Shown here: positions 16,117-18,600 of the stretch, piece by piece
Layout: each line of letters begins with the position of its first letter
How positions within the stretch are numbered: position 1 is the stretch's first letter
Source of the DNA: an uncultured bacterium
Lineage (GTDB): Bacteria; Babelota; Babeliae; Babelales; Vermiphilaceae
Length of the DNA stretch: 18,600 nucleotides
Reading direction: 5' to 3'
Assembly (NCBI GenBank): GCA_963811005.1
Contig: CAWEPS010000043.1
Span: 1 to 18,600, forward strand
The notes under the pieces: model-generated
What the model saw: the letters and a program-made list of their open reading frames with translations, nothing else
Database searches by the model: none
Told to the model about the DNA's origin: nothing
Position numbers and translations under genes: made by a program

Positions 16117-16647
16117 ATGCTGCTAGTGCGCATATTGGCTATAGGTGTGATGCTGGGTAATGTTTTGTCTGTGCAAGGAGATGCGATGAAAAAAATTACG
16201 CTAACAAGTTCTGAGTTTCAACAAGGTCAACCAATTCCAAAAAAATATACGTGCGATGGGCAAGATATTAATCCGCCACTTGCATGGACTGGTGTACCAG
16301 CGGAAGCAAAAAGTCTTGTGCTCATCTGTTCTGATCCTGATGCACCAAAAGGAACGTGGGTGCATTGGATTGTCTTTAATATTCCTGCGCATGTACGCAG
16401 TTTTGTAGAAGGCATAGAAATTGATCAAGTTGGTGCGGTAGAAGGCACAACGAGTTTTGGCAGACCAGGCTATGGTGGCCCGTGCCCACCATCGGGTGTG
16501 CATCGCTATTATTTTAAAATATATGCGCTTGATAGTGATGCACTTAATCTAGCTCATACAGCAACGCGTGATGATATTGAAGCAGCCATGCAAAACCATG
16601 TTGTTGCGCAGGGTGAATTAATGGGCACTTATACACGAGTTACTTAG
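16117..16647 (+). CDS. YbhB/YbcL-family PEBP (Raf-kinase-inhibitor-like) protein, possibly with an N-terminal signal peptide (alternative start 16186)
   Basis: Core MKKITLTSSEFQQGQPIPKKYTCDGQDINPPLAWTGVPAEAKSLVLICSDPDAPKGTWVHWIVFNIP...GYGGPCPPSGVHRYYFKIYALD matches YbhB closely (DPDAP, HW, GHRY motifs). Two in-frame starts each have a good SD: AAGGAG-7nt-ATG (16117) giving MLLVRILAIGVMLGNVLSVQG-DA, and AAGGAG-5nt-ATG (16186) giving MKKITL. The ORF-track N-terminal extension from 15967 has no support. Confidence 0.85.
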   Translation: MLLVRILAIGVMLGNVLSVQGDAMKKITLTSSEFQQGQPIPKKYTCDGQDINPPLAWTGVPAEAKSLVLICSDPDAPKGTWVHWIVFNIPAHVRSFVEGIEIDQVGAVEGTTSFGRPGYGGPCPPSGVHRYYFKIYALDSDALNLAHTATRDDIEAAMQNHVVAQGELMGTYTRVT

Positions 16648-18600
16648 ATGCGCTATATAAAAAGATTTGATGAGATTCGCTTGTCAGACACGCCGTTAGT
16701 TGGCGGTAAAACCTCATCACTAGGTGAGATGTATACACACCTAGCAGGGCAGGGTGTTACCGTGCCGCCAGGATTTGCCATAACTGCAGATGCGTATTGG
16801 TATTTTATACGATCAAATAATCTACTCGATAGTATGAAGTCTATCATGAGTCAGTGTGCTAATACGCAAGATGAGATACAACTACATCCGGTGGGATACG
16901 TTCGTGCTCTAATTGAGCATGGCACTATGCCGCAGGATTTGATTGATGAAATTCAACCGCATATCAAGATTTGTCGCGCATGTGTGGTCAGCCTGATGTG
17001 GATGTTGCAGTTCGCTCATCGGCTACAGCAGAGGATTTGCCCGGCGCATCGTTTGCAGGACAACAAGAAACATATCTGCATATCCGCGGTAATGAACAAC
17101 TCATTCAACATTGCAAAAAGAGTTTTGCATCGTTATTTACTGATCGCGCTATTGCTTACCGCGCTCCAAAAGGGATTTGATCAGCTAAGTTTTGCGCTTT
17201 CCATAGCGGTACAAAAAATGGTTCGTTCAGATTTGGCATGTTCGGGTGTGGCATTTTCATTAGATACCGACACAGGTTTAAAGATGTTGTGATGATCAAT
17301 GGTTCATGGGGTCTTGGTGAGTTGATTGTGCAGGGGAGGTGACGCCGAGATGAATACCTTATTTTTATGCCCACACTTGCACAAGAATTTTGCATCGATT
17401 ATCAAAAAAAAATGTGGCACTAAAGAATTAAAATTGATATATACCAATTCTGCACAAAACACTGTTGAAACAGTTGCAACAACCAAGCACGAGCAGAGTA
17501 GTTTTTGTTTATCTGATGCTGAAATAATCACGCTTGCCAAGGCGGTCGTGGTTATTGAGCACTATACTCAGCGCTTAAAGATCGTTGGTGCCCTATGGAT
17601 ATCGAGTGGGCAAAAGATGGTGATGATGGCAAGATCTATATTGTTCAAGCACGTCCAGAGACGGTATTTTCTGCCGCAAAATCTACCAACACCATTATAG
17701 TATATCAGCTGCAGGATTTCCATCCTGCTGTGATTGGGACGGGACAAAGTATTGGGCAGCATATTGTTTCAGATTAAGCCCAGTATTAAAATCGGTTGAG
17801 GACAGATAGATCAAGTGGAGGATGGCGATATTTTTAGTAACTGATATCACCAAATTAATAATGGGTTCCTGCCATGAAAAAAGCTAAAGGCATTATCACT
17901 AACCGTGGTGGACGGACGTCCATGCGGCAATTGTCAGTAGAGAATTGCAGATCCCAGCAATTGTTGGTGTTGAGCATGTACTTTTACCACTACCCTACAT
18001 AACGGGCAAGAGATCACACTTGATTGTAGCCAAGGTGCAACCGGATATATATATAATGGGATTGTGCCCTATACTACAACAGTATATGAGCTCGATGCGG
18101 TGCCGCCTGTGGCACAACACCTGATGGTCAATATAGGCGATCCTGCCAGTGCCTTTACAGTTCAACGATTGCCGGTTGCGGGTGTTGGATTAGCGCGTAT
18201 TGAATTTATAGTCACCAATGATATCAAAATTCATCCTATGGCATTAGTAAAGCCCGATGCAGTTACTGATGCAGAAGTTGCACAGGCTATTACTCGATTG
18301 ACTGCCGCATATCCGGATAAGAAAACATTCTTTATTGATTTGCTTGCGCAGGGTATAGGTATGGTTGCTGCTTTTTATCCTAAAAAAGTTATGGTGCGTT
18401 TTTCAGATTTAAAATCGAATGAATACCGCAATCTTATTGGGGGTACTTTTTTTGAATTAGTGGAAGAAAATCCCATGATAGGCCTTCGGGGCGCTTCTCG
18501 TTATTATAATCCAAGCTATGAGCAGGCATTTGCCTTAGAGTGTGCAGCATTTAAAAAAGTGCGAGAGCAGATGGGTTTGACCAATATTGCGGCCATGGTT
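16648..18600 (+). pseudogene. ppsA: Phosphoenolpyruvate synthase (PEP synthase), extensively frameshifted pseudogene (continues beyond window end)
   Basis: Colinear PpsA-like segments in alternating frames: MRYIKRFDEIRLSDTPLVGGKTSSLGEMY...VTVPPGFAITADAY (frame a); [28 protein letters not shown]...[15 protein letters not shown] (frame b); SIAVQKMVRSDLACSGVAFSLDTDTG (frame a); VMINGSWGLGELIVQGEVTPDEY; KKKCGTKELKLIYT...ITLAKAVVVIEHYTQ (frame c); MDIEWAKDGDDGKIYIVQARPETV (17595); VTDITKLIMGS / ITNRGGRTS / HAAIVSRELQIPAIVGV (phosphohistidine domain, in different frames); and from about 18030 a long PEP-utilising TIM-barrel segment GYIYNGIVPYTTTVYELDAVPPVAQHLMVNIGDPASAFTVQRLPVAGVGLARIEFIV...FSDLKSNEYRNLIGG...NPMIGLRGASRYY. 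There are at least 8 frame changes. Confidence 0.85.

Noticed and set aside
1-18600. CRISPR arrays, IS elements/transposases, integrases, rRNA or tRNA genes
   Set aside because: No direct-repeat/spacer periodicity, no transposase- or integrase-like translation in any frame, and no rRNA or tRNA signatures were seen by eye.
479-18600. Explaining all frameshifts as sequencing/assembly errors
   Set aside because: This was not fully rejected. A uniform error model is disfavoured because indels cluster heavily in ppsA/nupC (stops and lost start codons as well) while pyrG/prfA are clean. Single sites such as those in rpmE could still be errors.

Overview
This 18.6 kb window is AT-leaning bacterial chromosomal DNA. 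Intact housekeeping genes are interleaved with unusually many decayed genes.

Intact, confidently identified:
- beta-class carbonic anhydrase (2746-3387, +)
- peptide chain release factor 1, prfA (5067-6143, +)
- SPFH/prohibitin-family protein (7470-8255, +)
- AlaX-type alanyl-tRNA editing protein (10261-10989, -)
- CTP synthase, pyrG (11148-12857, +)
- YbhB/YbcL-type PEBP protein (16117 or 16186-16647, +)
- bacterial CAP/SCP (YkwD-like) secreted protein (4164-4652, -)

Clearly disrupted by several frameshifts or stops each:
- phosphoenolpyruvate synthase, ppsA (16648 to beyond 18600, at least 8 frame changes)
- NupC-family nucleoside transporter (6165-7451, at least 5 disruptions)
- zinc-ribbon ribosomal protein L31, rpmE (4847-5058, two +1 indels), translationally coupled to prfA
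- COG3910-like Walker-A ATPase (479-1090, -)
- two signal-peptide proteins (8270-9047 and 15235-15842)

The disruptions sit in dispensable or redundant functions while essential genes are clean. This pattern fits ongoing reductive genome evolution in a host-restricted bacterium, not uniform sequencing error.

The most interesting uncharacterised stretch is a minus-strand cluster at 12730-15842. It holds three signal-peptide proteins of unknown function, two of them apparent paralogs and one frameshifted, plus a GT-B glycosyltransferase. Each gene carries an A8-A9 coding homopolymer, and there is a perfect 14-bp hairpin terminator inside the cluster. This is a candidate surface/host-interaction or phase-variable glycosylation locus.

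No rRNA, tRNA, CRISPR array, IS element or integrase was found.

All homology statements are from reading the translations against remembered family motifs; no database search was run.
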